A stretch of DNA of 64,000 bases from an uncultured Ruminococcus sp. (GTDB taxonomy: Bacteria; Bacillota; Clostridia; Oscillospirales; CAG-272). Of the stretch, positions 55,785-64,000 are shown piece after piece (the stretch's first letter is position 1; each line of letters begins with the position of its first letter). The position numbers were made by a program, and so were the translations under genes. The stretch spans positions 2,335 to 66,334 of the forward strand of contig CACYYS010000005.1 in assembly GCA_902778725.1 (NCBI GenBank), in the 5' to 3' direction. The notes beneath the pieces are model-generated. The model was not told where the DNA came from and made no database searches. It saw only the letters and a list, made by a program, of their open reading frames with translations.

Positions 55785-56211
55785 GCGAAACCGTGTTCGA
55801 AGAACGTTTTATCAAGCTTGTCGAAGATAACGGCGGCTTTGAGTATTATCAGGCGTACCGGGGCGACGTGGATCTGATCCTCGGCGGCAAGGGCAACACC
55901 TTTTGGTACACCTTTACATCAAGGGCAGCGGAGCAGGTCAAAAGACGAAAGCTATGCCGTCGGGCAGCACGATCCGAAAGATCGCCGAAAAGGCGTATCT
56001 CTGCCAGAATGAGACGTGGGTCACGCGGCGCACGCCGAAACCGATCGAGGATTCGCATCCGCGCTATCACTACGTTTACGGCTTCGGCGACAAGGGGCTC
56101 GACGTTTCGGTACAGTACGGCGTGACCATCGCGTATAACGATCTGGGGGACGCTGACGCGGGCTTCCATTTGCGTTACCTTTACACAGGCTCCGACGTCG
56201 AATTACCGTGA
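55781..56211 (+). pseudogene. Small cytoplasmic protein gene split by a frameshift near 55895..55915 (frame A 55781.., frame B ..56211)
   Basis: Frame A looks coding up to GKGNTFWYTFT, then turns Arg-rich. Frame B (-1 relative to A; open from 55843) looks coding from about LYIKGSGAGQ to the stop at 56211. The T4 run at 55901..55904 lies at the junction. The start overlaps the upstream stop (ATGA). Confidence 0.55.
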
Positions 56212-56270
56212 TTCTTTCGGGGGCGGACAGGTTCCGCCCCCGTTTGCTTCAGCAGAAAGGGGGGCTTTTC

Positions 56271-57167
56271 TTGCCCAAAAGGATCCTTTTGCTTTTCCTG
56301 GCGTTTGTCCTGGCTCTGTCTCTCTCCGCCTGCGATCTCAGCTCGATCCTTCCCTGGACCCAGTCTCCGGACGGGGAGGACGGCCTGATCGGCGACGGCA
56401 CCTCCTATCACGATTTTATCGCCGTGATGCAGGAGATCAAGGAACGGGGAGACGAAACGGCGGCGCTCGGGCTGCCGGTGAACAGCGAATACTACTATTC
56501 CTTTGCAGGAGCGTCGGTCAGCGCGCTGCGCTACGCCGCGGAATACATCCTGTGGCTGAAGGGGGAGGGCGATACGCTCGCTTCCTTTACGGCGGACAGC
56601 CGTTACAGCGGCTGGGAGACGATCGCCGGGATCAACTGCGCGTCCCCCTATCCCGCCTATTTCGAGGGGCTTCTGCTTGAAATACAGGGAAAGTACGAGG
56701 AAGCCGCCGAGCCGTACGCGTGGGCGTCGATCATGCCGCTGTTCCCCAAAGAAGGACTTGACTTCTACTATCTCAAAAATATGAGCGTCGAATCGCTCTA
56801 CGAACTCCGGGATACGCTCCGCTCGCTGGAGGATGCGATCTACGCCGCCTACACGCCCGTGCTTACCGGGGCTGAGCGGGACCGCAATCTGTTCGACGCG
56901 GAGTATCTGATCGCAAAGTCGCGCGAGGAAGCGAAAAACGCGGATTACGAAAGCGCGCTCCGGTACGCCAGGCTCGCGCTGAAGGCCGATCCGTTCGACG
57001 CGGCGGTCTGGCAGAACGCGGCGATGTGCGCCATGTACGCGCTGGATCTCGAACAGATGGGCGGATACGTGGACGAAGGGCTTGCGATCTTCCCGCAGGA
57101 TGAAACGCTGCTTATGTTCCGGCAGTCGATGCTCGACGCCGTGACGAAAATGGAGGCGGGACAATGA
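56271..57167 (+). CDS. Lipoprotein with C-terminal TPR-like helical repeats (unknown function)
   Basis: TTG start 56271 after an aaagggggg RBS. Lipobox LSLSAC. Helical repeats ESALRYARLALKADPFDAAVWQNAAMCAM. Confidence 0.7.
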   Translation: MPKRILLLFLAFVLALSLSACDLSSILPWTQSPDGEDGLIGDGTSYHDFIAVMQEIKERGDETAALGLPVNSEYYYSFAGASVSALRYAAEYILWLKGEGDTLASFTADSRYSGWETIAGINCASPYPAYFEGLLLEIQGKYEEAAEPYAWASIMPLFPKEGLDFYYLKNMSVESLYELRDTLRSLEDAIYAAYTPVLTGAERDRNLFDAEYLIAKSREEAKNADYESALRYARLALKADPFDAAVWQNAAMCAMYALDLEQMGGYVDEGLAIFPQDETLLMFRQSMLDAVTKMEAGQ

Positions 57168-58582
57168 AAAGCTTGAAAAAAATCGCGTCCTGCCTGCTGG
57201 CTTTTCTCTTTGCGGCAAGCCTCCTTTCCCCGGCCGGCTTCCCGGTCTCGGCGGAGCAGCACAATATGGCCGAGATCGTCGGGATCGACTACGACCGGAT
57301 CACGCAGAAAGCCGGCGGGGGGCTGAAGACCTACCCCGTTACCCTCAAGCTCGGCGACGTTACCTTTAACGGCGAGCTCTCCGCCGATTTCGGGCTGACT
57401 TACGACGAACTGAACGAGATCATCCGCGCGACGCTCGCCGAAAAGGGCCTGACCGCCGAGCGCGTGGCGCTCGTCGCGAAGATCGCGTCCCGCGCGCAGA
57501 AGGACGCCGCGCTTTACTGGGGCGATCAGGTGCTCGAGGGGCTGCTCTCCTATCTGAAGATCCCGGAAACGCCGTTCAGCGTCGCCGATTATTACGACTA
57601 TGTCGTCCACGGGAGCACCGCTTCGGCGGAAAAGACGGTCAAGATCAACGAGGCGAAGAACGCCGCCAAAGCCGTGATCCAAAAGGCGGCGACAAGCGCC
57701 GGCAAGCTCGGCCGGGTCGGCAGAGTCGCCAAAAGCGTGACGAACACCGTGGGAAGCCTCCCCATGTACGGCGCGATCGAAAACACCGTCATGGTCGCAA
57801 ACGACTGGTCAAACGGCAGCAAGCGTTATGAGGATTACCTGGAGCTGCTGGAAGAAAATCTCGCCCTGATAAACGATTTCTACGCCGCCTGCAGCCGCCG
57901 CGCCGCGGAAAAAGCGGAATCGAAGGACGAACAGAACGCCTGGTCGATCAAGTTCGACAAGCGGAAAAACTACCGCACCTACAACGGCACCTTCTGGGGC
58001 GTTCCCGGCAATATGATGAGCTGCGAGCTCAGCGGAGAGCTGAAAGGCGGCAAAGATAAGGAAGGCGCGTACTCCGGCACGCTGTGGCTCGATTTTGAGG
58101 CGGTCGATCTTTCCCCCGCGGAAACGAACCTGGAAAACACGCCGGGGCTTGCCGCGTTCAAAAGTCTGCTCTACAGCATGGGCGGATACCGGAAGGTCTC
58201 CGATACCTCCCTCTCCAAAACCGTTTTGCGGCGCGAAACGCAGGGCGAGCTCACGGTCTACGTGACCTCCTCGTCCGGGACGGTCAGACCCGAGATCGCG
58301 GGCGCCCTCACCTCCGGCGGCGACGAGCTGACGTTCCGCTTTGCGAGAAAGCTGGAATGGCACGACGATACGATGGCGGCGTTAGGGGCGCAGGGCGTCA
58401 CCGAAGCGACCTTTACCTCCTCCGATCCCGCGTCGGTCACGATGCAGTCTTCTTCCCGCGTGACGCAAAACGGAGAGGTCAAAACGCAGCAGGATTCGAC
58501 CGAGGTGTTTTCCCAGGATCCCGGGACGGTCTTCGCGCCGCTTGACGCCGCGCCGTCGATCACGATCGGGTTTTCCGATTAA
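57164..58582 (+). CDS. Secreted protein of unknown function (472 aa)
   Basis: ATGA overlap with the upstream gene; signal peptide ending VSA-EQ; no recognisable catalytic motif. Confidence 0.75.
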   Translation: MKSLKKIASCLLAFLFAASLLSPAGFPVSAEQHNMAEIVGIDYDRITQKAGGGLKTYPVTLKLGDVTFNGELSADFGLTYDELNEIIRATLAEKGLTAERVALVAKIASRAQKDAALYWGDQVLEGLLSYLKIPETPFSVADYYDYVVHGSTASAEKTVKINEAKNAAKAVIQKAATSAGKLGRVGRVAKSVTNTVGSLPMYGAIENTVMVANDWSNGSKRYEDYLELLEENLALINDFYAACSRRAAEKAESKDEQNAWSIKFDKRKNYRTYNGTFWGVPGNMMSCELSGELKGGKDKEGAYSGTLWLDFEAVDLSPAETNLENTPGLAAFKSLLYSMGGYRKVSDTSLSKTVLRRETQGELTVYVTSSSGTVRPEIAGALTSGGDELTFRFARKLEWHDDTMAALGAQGVTEATFTSSDPASVTMQSSSRVTQNGEVKTQQDSTEVFSQDPGTVFAPLDAAPSITIGFSD

Positions 58583-58604
58583 CAAGTGAAAGGAGTCAAC
58601 CAAA

Positions 58605-59285
58605 ATGAAAAAAACAACGATCCTTATCCTCGCCATTCTCACGCTCGCGGCGTTTGCGCTCTCCTCGTGCGGCGCCTCCGCGCCCGGAAGCGACACGCCC
58701 CTGACAAGGCCGGAAAACGCCGGCGGGACGGCTCCCCTCCCCTCGGGCGCCGGGATCCCCGATTTTTCCTCGATCATGGCGGGAAACGGCAAAACCGACA
58801 CGGTATGGGGCCTGCAGGATCCCGCGGCGCGGCAGGAGATCATCGACGCGGCGAAAGCGGACGGCTTTGACGTTTCCTTCGGCGCGGACGGAAGCATGAC
58901 CGTGAAGGATAAAGACGGAACGGTCTTCGTACAAAAAAACGACGGCACCTGGACGATGCAGGGGGAAGACGGGCACAGCGCCCAGCTCGGCGGAGAGTGG
59001 CCGGAGAATGACTTTACAAAGCTCGTGCCGAAGCCCGATTTCAAGCTTGTCGGCGCTTCCTCTTCCGACGAGGAATTCACCGCCGCTTTCCAGTCCGTTA
59101 CCGCGGATCAGATCAAGGCGTATGCGGCGAAGGTCAAGGCGGCGGGCTTTACCGTTGACGCCGAGGAGGAGGACCAGAACGCTTTCGGTATGACCGTTTA
59201 CACCTATGAGGCGGATAACGCGGGCGGATATCACGTGGAGATCTCTTTCGCCGCGGGGACCGGCAGCCTCACGATCAGCAAATAA
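58605..59285 (+). CDS. Lipoprotein of unknown function (226 aa)
   Basis: aaaggag RBS; lipobox ALSSC; two short repeated beta-rich halves (DGS.TVKDKDGT / TYEADNAGGYHVEISF). Confidence 0.8.
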   Translation: MKKTTILILAILTLAAFALSSCGASAPGSDTPLTRPENAGGTAPLPSGAGIPDFSSIMAGNGKTDTVWGLQDPAARQEIIDAAKADGFDVSFGADGSMTVKDKDGTVFVQKNDGTWTMQGEDGHSAQLGGEWPENDFTKLVPKPDFKLVGASSSDEEFTAAFQSVTADQIKAYAAKVKAAGFTVDAEEEDQNAFGMTVYTYEADNAGGYHVEISFAAGTGSLTISK

Positions 59286-59320
59286 CGGGACCGGCGGAAA
59301 AGCCGGCCCTACACAAAAAG

Positions 59321-59556
59321 CGCACAATCCGAAAAACGCCCGTTATGTCCCGGGCGTTTTTTGACGCAAGGGAGGATATGAACGCGCTTACCCGAGCGAA
59401 AGGAAAAAGCCGCCCGGTCCGTCTTGGGCGGCTTTTGGGGAAGGAGTTTCTTTGAATACGCTTTCCCTGATCCCTGCGTCTTTTGAAAAGTCTTTTGCTT
59501 CCTTTTTTTCAGAAAAGGGAGTCTTTTGCTTCCTTTTCTTCAGAAAAGGAAGTTTT
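59321..59556. repeat. Dispersed structured intergenic element, copy 2
   Basis: Aligns by eye with 9238..9540 at roughly 80 percent identity: same order of cgcacaatccgaaaaacgccc, gaggatatgaacgcgct, gagcgaaaggaaaaagccgccc, ctttgaatacgcttt and aaaagtcttttgc..ttcagaaaagg modules. Confidence 0.85.
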
Positions 59557-62083
59557 ATTTTTCCGCAGAGATGCCGGTCACCCGGTAGCCTTTTGCGGTG
59601 ACGGCGGCGGCGAGCGCATCGTCGGAGACGGGGGCGGAGAGGGTGACGCGGGCGACGCCCTCCTTGTGGTCGGCGGAGGCGGAGGAGACGCCCTCCAGCG
59701 CCTCCAGCGCGGTCTTGACGGTATTCTCGCAATGCGGGCACATCATGCCCTCGATCCGGATGATCTTTTCCATGGCTGTTTTTTCCTTTCCTTTTTCCTT
59801 TTGTCCGGCGTCCGGCGCGGCAGGGAGGGGCGCGCGGCGGGCGGTCTGTTTTTTATCGCGGGAGGGGTCGTGGATCTTTACGAGGTTGAGGCGCAGGGCG
59901 TTGGTGACGACGCAGAAGCTGGAGAGACTCATCGCGGCGGCGCCGACCATGGGGCTCAGCGTGACGCCGAGCGGGATGAAGGCGCCGGCGGCGAGGGGGA
60001 TGCAGACCGCGTTGTAGAAAAACGCCCAGAAGAGATTCTGCCGGATGTTGCGGAGCGCGGCGCGGGAGAGACGGATGGCGGCGGGGACGTCCGTGAGGCT
60101 GCTTTTTACCAGCACGATATCCGCGGCGTCCACAGCGATATCGGCTCCGGCGCCGATGGCGATCCCGACGTCCGCGCGGGTGAGGGCGGGCGCGTCGTTG
60201 ATCCCGTCGCCGACCATGGCGGTCTTTGCGCCTTCCCCGAGGCGGCGCAGGACCTCCTCCTTGCCCTCCGGCAGGACGCCCGCCTCCACGTCGGTGACGC
60301 CGACCTGCCGCGCGACGGCGGCGGCGGTGCGCGCGTTATCCCCGGTGAGGAGGGTAACGCGGATCCCCATCCCCTCAAGCTGCGCGACAGCCTCGCGGCT
60401 CTCCTCCTTGACGACGTCCGCCACGGCGATCACGCCGACGACGGCGCCGTCGTAAGAAAACCAAAGGGGGGTCTTCCCCTCCTCCGCCAGCGCGTCCGCC
60501 CGGCGGCAAAGCTCCTCCGGGAGGGGGACGAGGGAGGCGATATAGGCGGCGCTGCCGCCGCAGAGTTCTTTTCCGTCAAGGCGAGCGGAAAGCCCTCGCC
60601 CCGCCAGAGTGGAAAAGGAGTCCGTCTCCCGGAGGGGGATCCCCCGTTCCTCCGCCGCCTCCAGGACGGCGAGGGAAAGGGGATGCTCGCTTTTTGCCTC
60701 CAGGGAGGCGGCGAGCGAGAGGAGGGTCTCCCCGTCCGAGACGGGGAGCAGATCGGTCACGCGCGGCTTGCCCGCGGTGACGGTACCGGTCTTGTCGAGG
60801 GCGATCCTCTCGGTGCGGCCGGCGGCCTCAAGGGACGCGGCGGTCTTGAAGAGGATGCCGTTTTTTGCCCCGACGCCGCTTGCGACCATGATCGCCACCG
60901 GCGTGGCGAGGCCGAGCGCGCAGGGACAGCTGATGACAAGGACGGAGATCCCGCGCGCAAGCGCAAAGCCGATCTCACGCCCGAGAAGGAGCCAGATCAG
61001 GACGGTGAGGAGGGCGATCCCCATCACGGCGGGGACGAACACGGCGGAGACTTTATCCGCTGTTTTGGCGATCGGCGCTTTGGTCGCCGCCGCCTCGCTG
61101 ACCGTGCGGATGATGCGGGCGAGGGTCGTATCCTCGCCGACGCGCTCCGCTCGGCAGGTGAGAAAGCCGGAAGAGAGGACCGTTGCGGCGGAGACGAACG
61201 CCCCCTCGCTCTTATCGACCGGGATGCTCTCGCCGGTCAGGGCGGACTCGTCCGCGGCGCCCTCGCCCGAGACGACCGTCCCGTCCACGGGGAAATGCTC
61301 GCCCGCGCGCACGACGAAGAGATCGCCGATCCGGAGGTCCTTTGCCTCGACCGTCTCCTCCCTGCCGTCCCGCAGGACCGTCGCGGTCTTCGGCCGGAGG
61401 CGGACCAGGCCCTTGAGCGCGTCGGTGGTCCTCCCTTTGGAGCGCGCCTCGAGGAGCTTGCCGACGGTGATCAGCGTGACGATCATCGCCGCCGACTCAA
61501 AGTAAAGTCCGTGGAGATGATGCGCCGCAGACGCCGCGTCCCCCGTCATCACAAAGAGGAGGACGGCGCTGTAAAGGAAGGCGGCGGAGGAGCCGAGCGC
61601 GACGAGGGTGTCCATATTCGGCGCGCCGTGAAAGAGCGCCCGGTATCCGCTTGTGAAGAAGCGGCCGTTGACGATCATCACCGCGGCGGCGAGGATCATC
61701 TCGGCGAGCGCGACGGCGACGGGATTGCCGGAGAAAAAGGCGGGCAGCGGCAGAGAGAGCATCGCGTGCCCCATCGAAAGATACATCAGAAGGAGGAGAA
61801 ACCCGAGGGAGACGAGCAGACGGCGCAGGAGCCGGGGCGTCTCCCGGTCCGCGAGGGTGTCGTCCTCCTCTTGCCGCGCGCCCGCTCCCTTCGGGGCGGC
61901 GCCGTAGCCCGCCGCCTTCACCGCCGCGACGATCGCGGCGTCGGAGGCGGTGCCCTCCACCCCCATGGAATTGGTCAGGAGGCTCACGGCGCAGGAGGTG
62001 ACCCCCTCCACCTGCGAGACCGCCTTTTCCACCCGGGCGCTGCAGGCGGCGCAGCTCATCCCCGTGACCCTGTACTGCTTCAT
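59555..62083 (-). CDS. copA: Copper-translocating P1B-type ATPase with N-terminal and C-terminal HMA domains
   Basis: 842 aa. N-terminal GMSCAACSARV, CPC in SCPCALGLATP, DKTGTVT, GDGINDAP. In-frame C-terminal 70-aa HMA domain GMMCPHCENTV. Confidence 0.93.
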   Translation of the reverse strand: MKQYRVTGMSCAACSARVEKAVSQVEGVTSCAVSLLTNSMGVEGTASDAAIVAAVKAAGYGAAPKGAGARQEEDDTLADRETPRLLRRLLVSLGFLLLLMYLSMGHAMLSLPLPAFFSGNPVAVALAEMILAAAVMIVNGRFFTSGYRALFHGAPNMDTLVALGSSAAFLYSAVLLFVMTGDAASAAHHLHGLYFESAAMIVTLITVGKLLEARSKGRTTDALKGLVRLRPKTATVLRDGREETVEAKDLRIGDLFVVRAGEHFPVDGTVVSGEGAADESALTGESIPVDKSEGAFVSAATVLSSGFLTCRAERVGEDTTLARIIRTVSEAAATKAPIAKTADKVSAVFVPAVMGIALLTVLIWLLLGREIGFALARGISVLVISCPCALGLATPVAIMVASGVGAKNGILFKTAASLEAAGRTERIALDKTGTVTAGKPRVTDLLPVSDGETLLSLAASLEAKSEHPLSLAVLEAAEERGIPLRETDSFSTLAGRGLSARLDGKELCGGSAAYIASLVPLPEELCRRADALAEEGKTPLWFSYDGAVVGVIAVADVVKEESREAVAQLEGMGIRVTLLTGDNARTAAAVARQVGVTDVEAGVLPEGKEEVLRRLGEGAKTAMVGDGINDAPALTRADVGIAIGAGADIAVDAADIVLVKSSLTDVPAAIRLSRAALRNIRQNLFWAFFYNAVCIPLAAGAFIPLGVTLSPMVGAAAMSLSSFCVVTNALRLNLVKIHDPSRDKKQTARRAPLPAAPDAGQKEKGKEKTAMEKIIRIEGMMCPHCENTVKTALEALEGVSSASADHKEGVARVTLSAPVSDDALAAAVTAKGYRVTGISAEK

Positions 62084-62130
62084 ACCGTTCCTTTCCGTCT
62101 TACGCCTGTCTTTTTGATGAAATCGTCTTT

Positions 62131-62158
62131 ATTCTACCATAAGGAAGGAAAAAGTCAA
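62131..62158 (-). promoter_or_regulatory. Candidate promoter of copA (TTGACT, 16 nt, TGgTAGAAT on the minus strand)
   Basis: Read from the reverse complement of 62131..62158. Confidence 0.55.
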
Positions 62159-62209
62159 GAGCGCGGAAAAGACCGGGGCGCGGTTTTTCTCTCTTTTCCC
62201 CGTGCGGGC

Positions 62210-62238
62210 TTGACACGGGCAAAAAAAAAGTGTAAACT
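62210..62238 (+). promoter_or_regulatory. Candidate promoter of the glycyl-radical enzyme gene (TTGACA, 17 nt, TAAACT)
   Basis: Read directly; followed by a ggagaaaggaga RBS and ATG 62287. Confidence 0.55.
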
Positions 62239-62286
62239 ACCTGTGAAGGATCCCTCTGCCGCGCCCGCGCGGAGAAAGGAGACAGG

Positions 62287-64000
62287 ATGACCCCGATCAA
62301 CACCGAACTTTTTGCCTTTGCCGTCCGCCGCGCCGAAGAAGGCCTCGAAAACGAGCCGGACGCCTTTGCCGCGGATCTCGATATCATCGAAGCGCTGCTG
62401 GACCGCTGCGAGATCCGCGTCCTTCCGGAGGACCGTTTTTTCGTCCGGATCGACGTGGAGAACATCCCGCAGAAGATCATCCAGCTCCGCAGGAAACGCT
62501 GCGCTTCTCTGCGCGCGGAGAACGGCCTGCAGGAAGGCTTTGACGCCCGCGCGCACACGGGCTCGAACGACTTCGGCCATACCTCCGCCGACTGGGACGC
62601 CGTGATCCGGCTCGGGATCTTCGGTCTCCGGGAGCGCGCCGCCTCCTGCGCCGCGCGTTTTACCGGGGAGGAAAAACGCCGCGCCTTTTACGCAGGGCTC
62701 TGCCGGACCTACGACGCGGCGCTCCGCTTTATGGCGCGCGCGGCCGCGGAAGCGAAACGGCGTGGGAAGGACGAGATGGCAGCCGGCCTTGCCCGCCTCT
62801 GCTCCGCCCGCCCCTCCACGCTTTTTGAAGCGATGCAGACCTCCGTCGTCTATTACACGCTCCAGCAGTTTTTCGACGGCTCCGTCCTGCGCACGCTCGG
62901 ACGCGTCGACAGCCTGTTTTACCCCTTCTGCGAGGGGGAGGATCCCGCCTTTATCGAGGCGCTCACTGCCGATTATCTCGAGGAGATCGACCGCTTCCGC
63001 GCGACCGCCAACCTCCCCTTTGCCCTCGGCGGGCGGGACGCGGCGGGGCGGAGCCTGGTCAATCCTCTCTCCTACCGCTTCCTGCGCGCCTACCGCAGCG
63101 CCCGTACGACCTCCGTCAAGCTGCATCTGCTCTGTGCGGAATGCACGCCGGAGCCCTTCCTGGCGGAGGCGCTGGACGCCGTGCGCAGCGGGCGCAACAG
63201 CATCGTCTTCCTCTCGGATGAAAAGATCGTCGAGGCGCTGATCCGCCTGGGCGAGGATCCGGCGGACGCCGCCGACTACCGCGTGGTCGGCTGCTACGAA
63301 TGCGGCGGCCGGGACGAGGTGACCTGCTCCTGCGGCACGCGGGTCAGCATCCCGAAGGCGCTGGAATACGCGCTCAACGGCGGAGTCGACTCCGTGACCG
63401 GAAAGAACGTCGGTCTGCCCTCCGCCGGGCCGATCGGCTCCTTTGAAGACTTTTGGAAAGAATTCGAGCGGCAGCTCGTCCGGCTCTGCGAAGAGGCGAT
63501 GCGCGAGACCGATCTGTGGGAGGAACGGGACGCCGCGTTCCATTCCGCGCCGATCCTCTCCGCCACCTATGAAAGCGCGCTGGAAAAAGGCGGCGACCTC
63601 TACTGCGATCACAGCGCGAAATACGCCAATTCCTCGCTGAACGCCGTGGGACTCGCCACGGCGGCGGACTCCCTCGCCGCCGTGCGCCGCCTCGTCTTTG
63701 AAGAAAAACGTTTCACGCTCGACGGGCTCGCCGCGCTCCTGCGGCGCGACTGGGAAGGAGCGGAAACGCTCCGCCTGCGGGTGAAGAACAAATTCCCCAA
63801 ATTCGGCACCGGGGAGGAGGAAACGGACCGCCTTGCGGCCGGGATCGTGAACGTGCTCGACGCCGCCGTAAACGGAAAACCGAACAAAAAAGGCGGCGTT
63901 TACCGCCTCGGGCTCTTCTCCGTGGACTGGCGGTGGAAATTCGGCGAGATGTGCGGCGCGTCCGCCGACGGGCGCCGCGCGCACGAGCCCCTCTCCCAGA
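62287..64000 (+). CDS. Glycyl-radical enzyme family protein (PFL-like), 5' partial, runs off the window
   Basis: Not in the ORF track (no stop in the window); translated by hand from ATG 62287 with no stop through 64000. DYRVVGCYE catalytic Cys loop, KFPKFGTGEEETDRLA, GASADGRRAHEPLSQ blocks typical of GREs. Confidence 0.8.
   Translation, partial: MTPINTELFAFAVRRAEEGLENEPDAFAADLDIIEALLDRCEIRVLPEDRFFVRIDVENIPQKIIQLRRKRCASLRAENGLQEGFDARAHTGSNDFGHTSADWDAVIRLGIFGLRERAASCAARFTGEEKRRAFYAGLCRTYDAALRFMARAAAEAKRRGKDEMAAGLARLCSARPSTLFEAMQTSVVYYTLQQFFDGSVLRTLGRVDSLFYPFCEGEDPAFIEALTADYLEEIDRFRATANLPFALGGRDAAGRSLVNPLSYRFLRAYRSARTTSVKLHLLCAECTPEPFLAEALDAVRSGRNSIVFLSDEKIVEALIRLGEDPADAADYRVVGCYECGGRDEVTCSCGTRVSIPKALEYALNGGVDSVTGKNVGLPSAGPIGSFEDFWKEFERQLVRLCEEAMRETDLWEERDAAFHSAPILSATYESALEKGGDLYCDHSAKYANSSLNAVGLATAADSLAAVRRLVFEEKRFTLDGLAALLRRDWEGAETLRLRVKNKFPKFGTGEEETDRLAAGIVNVLDAAVNGKPNKKGGVYRLGLFSVDWRWKFGEMCGASADGRRAHEPLSQ

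Noticed and set aside
54363-59320. Prophage or integrative element with recombinase at tRNA-Pro
   Set aside because: No integrase, excisionase, or phage or conjugation gene is present. Only the att-like 20-mer and compositional shift remain, so it is reported as a scar or islet rather than as a mobile element.
62084-62209. CsoR or CopY operator upstream of copA
   Set aside because: I found no TACANNTGTA box and no GC-rich TACCC..GGGTA pseudo-palindrome, only a plausible promoter. No call is made.
59483-63984. 935-aa plus ORF (59483..62290) antisense to copA and 609-aa minus ORF (62155..63984) antisense to the GRE gene
   Set aside because: The opposite strands carry genes with diagnostic motifs (CPC, DKTGT; the GRE Cys loop), so these are shadows.

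Overview
High-GC, Clostridia-like chromosomal segment, densely coded and mostly housekeeping. No CRISPR array, integrase, transposase or recognisable defence genes are present.

Gene content, left to right:
- rex-dnaD-dnaC-like replication genes, rimI-tsaD, an isocitrate dehydrogenase-family gene, dCMP deaminase and galU.
- An ABC importer operon.
- A gtrA / tagF-like / YidC-LtaS-fusion envelope operon.
- Class 3 FBPase and a PHP histidinol phosphatase.
- A heterodimeric ABC exporter.
- An XRE regulator and an ECF sigma / anti-sigma module.
- GH42 beta-galactosidase.
- Tandem CNNM and YgjV paralog pairs.
- An amino-sugar cluster (LbH transferase, glmM, glmS ribozyme, glmS).
- An aconitase-family gene, DUF1846 and sortase B.
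- rpmG-secE-nusG-rplK-rplA, ybaK, an MFS transporter and tRNA-Pro(CGG).
- A copper P-type ATPase.
- The 5' part of a glycyl-radical enzyme that the ORF track misses because it runs off the window.

The parts not explained by ordinary annotation:
1. An exact 20-nt duplicate of the tRNA-Pro 3' end. It is followed by hairpin plus TTCACTN heptamer arrays and a lower-GC operon of five unknown secreted or lipoproteins, one of them frameshifted.
2. A family of structured intergenic repeats. One is a 400-nt hairpin array. The other is a 230-300 nt element present twice between convergent genes, with a partial third copy; one copy supplies the C-terminal codons of an ABC permease.
3. A single 939-aa ORF fusing a YidC/Oxa1 insertase domain to an LtaS/sulfatase-type ectodomain, next to a TagF-like transferase and GtrA.

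Many very long antisense ORFs in the track are GC-driven shadows and were rejected.
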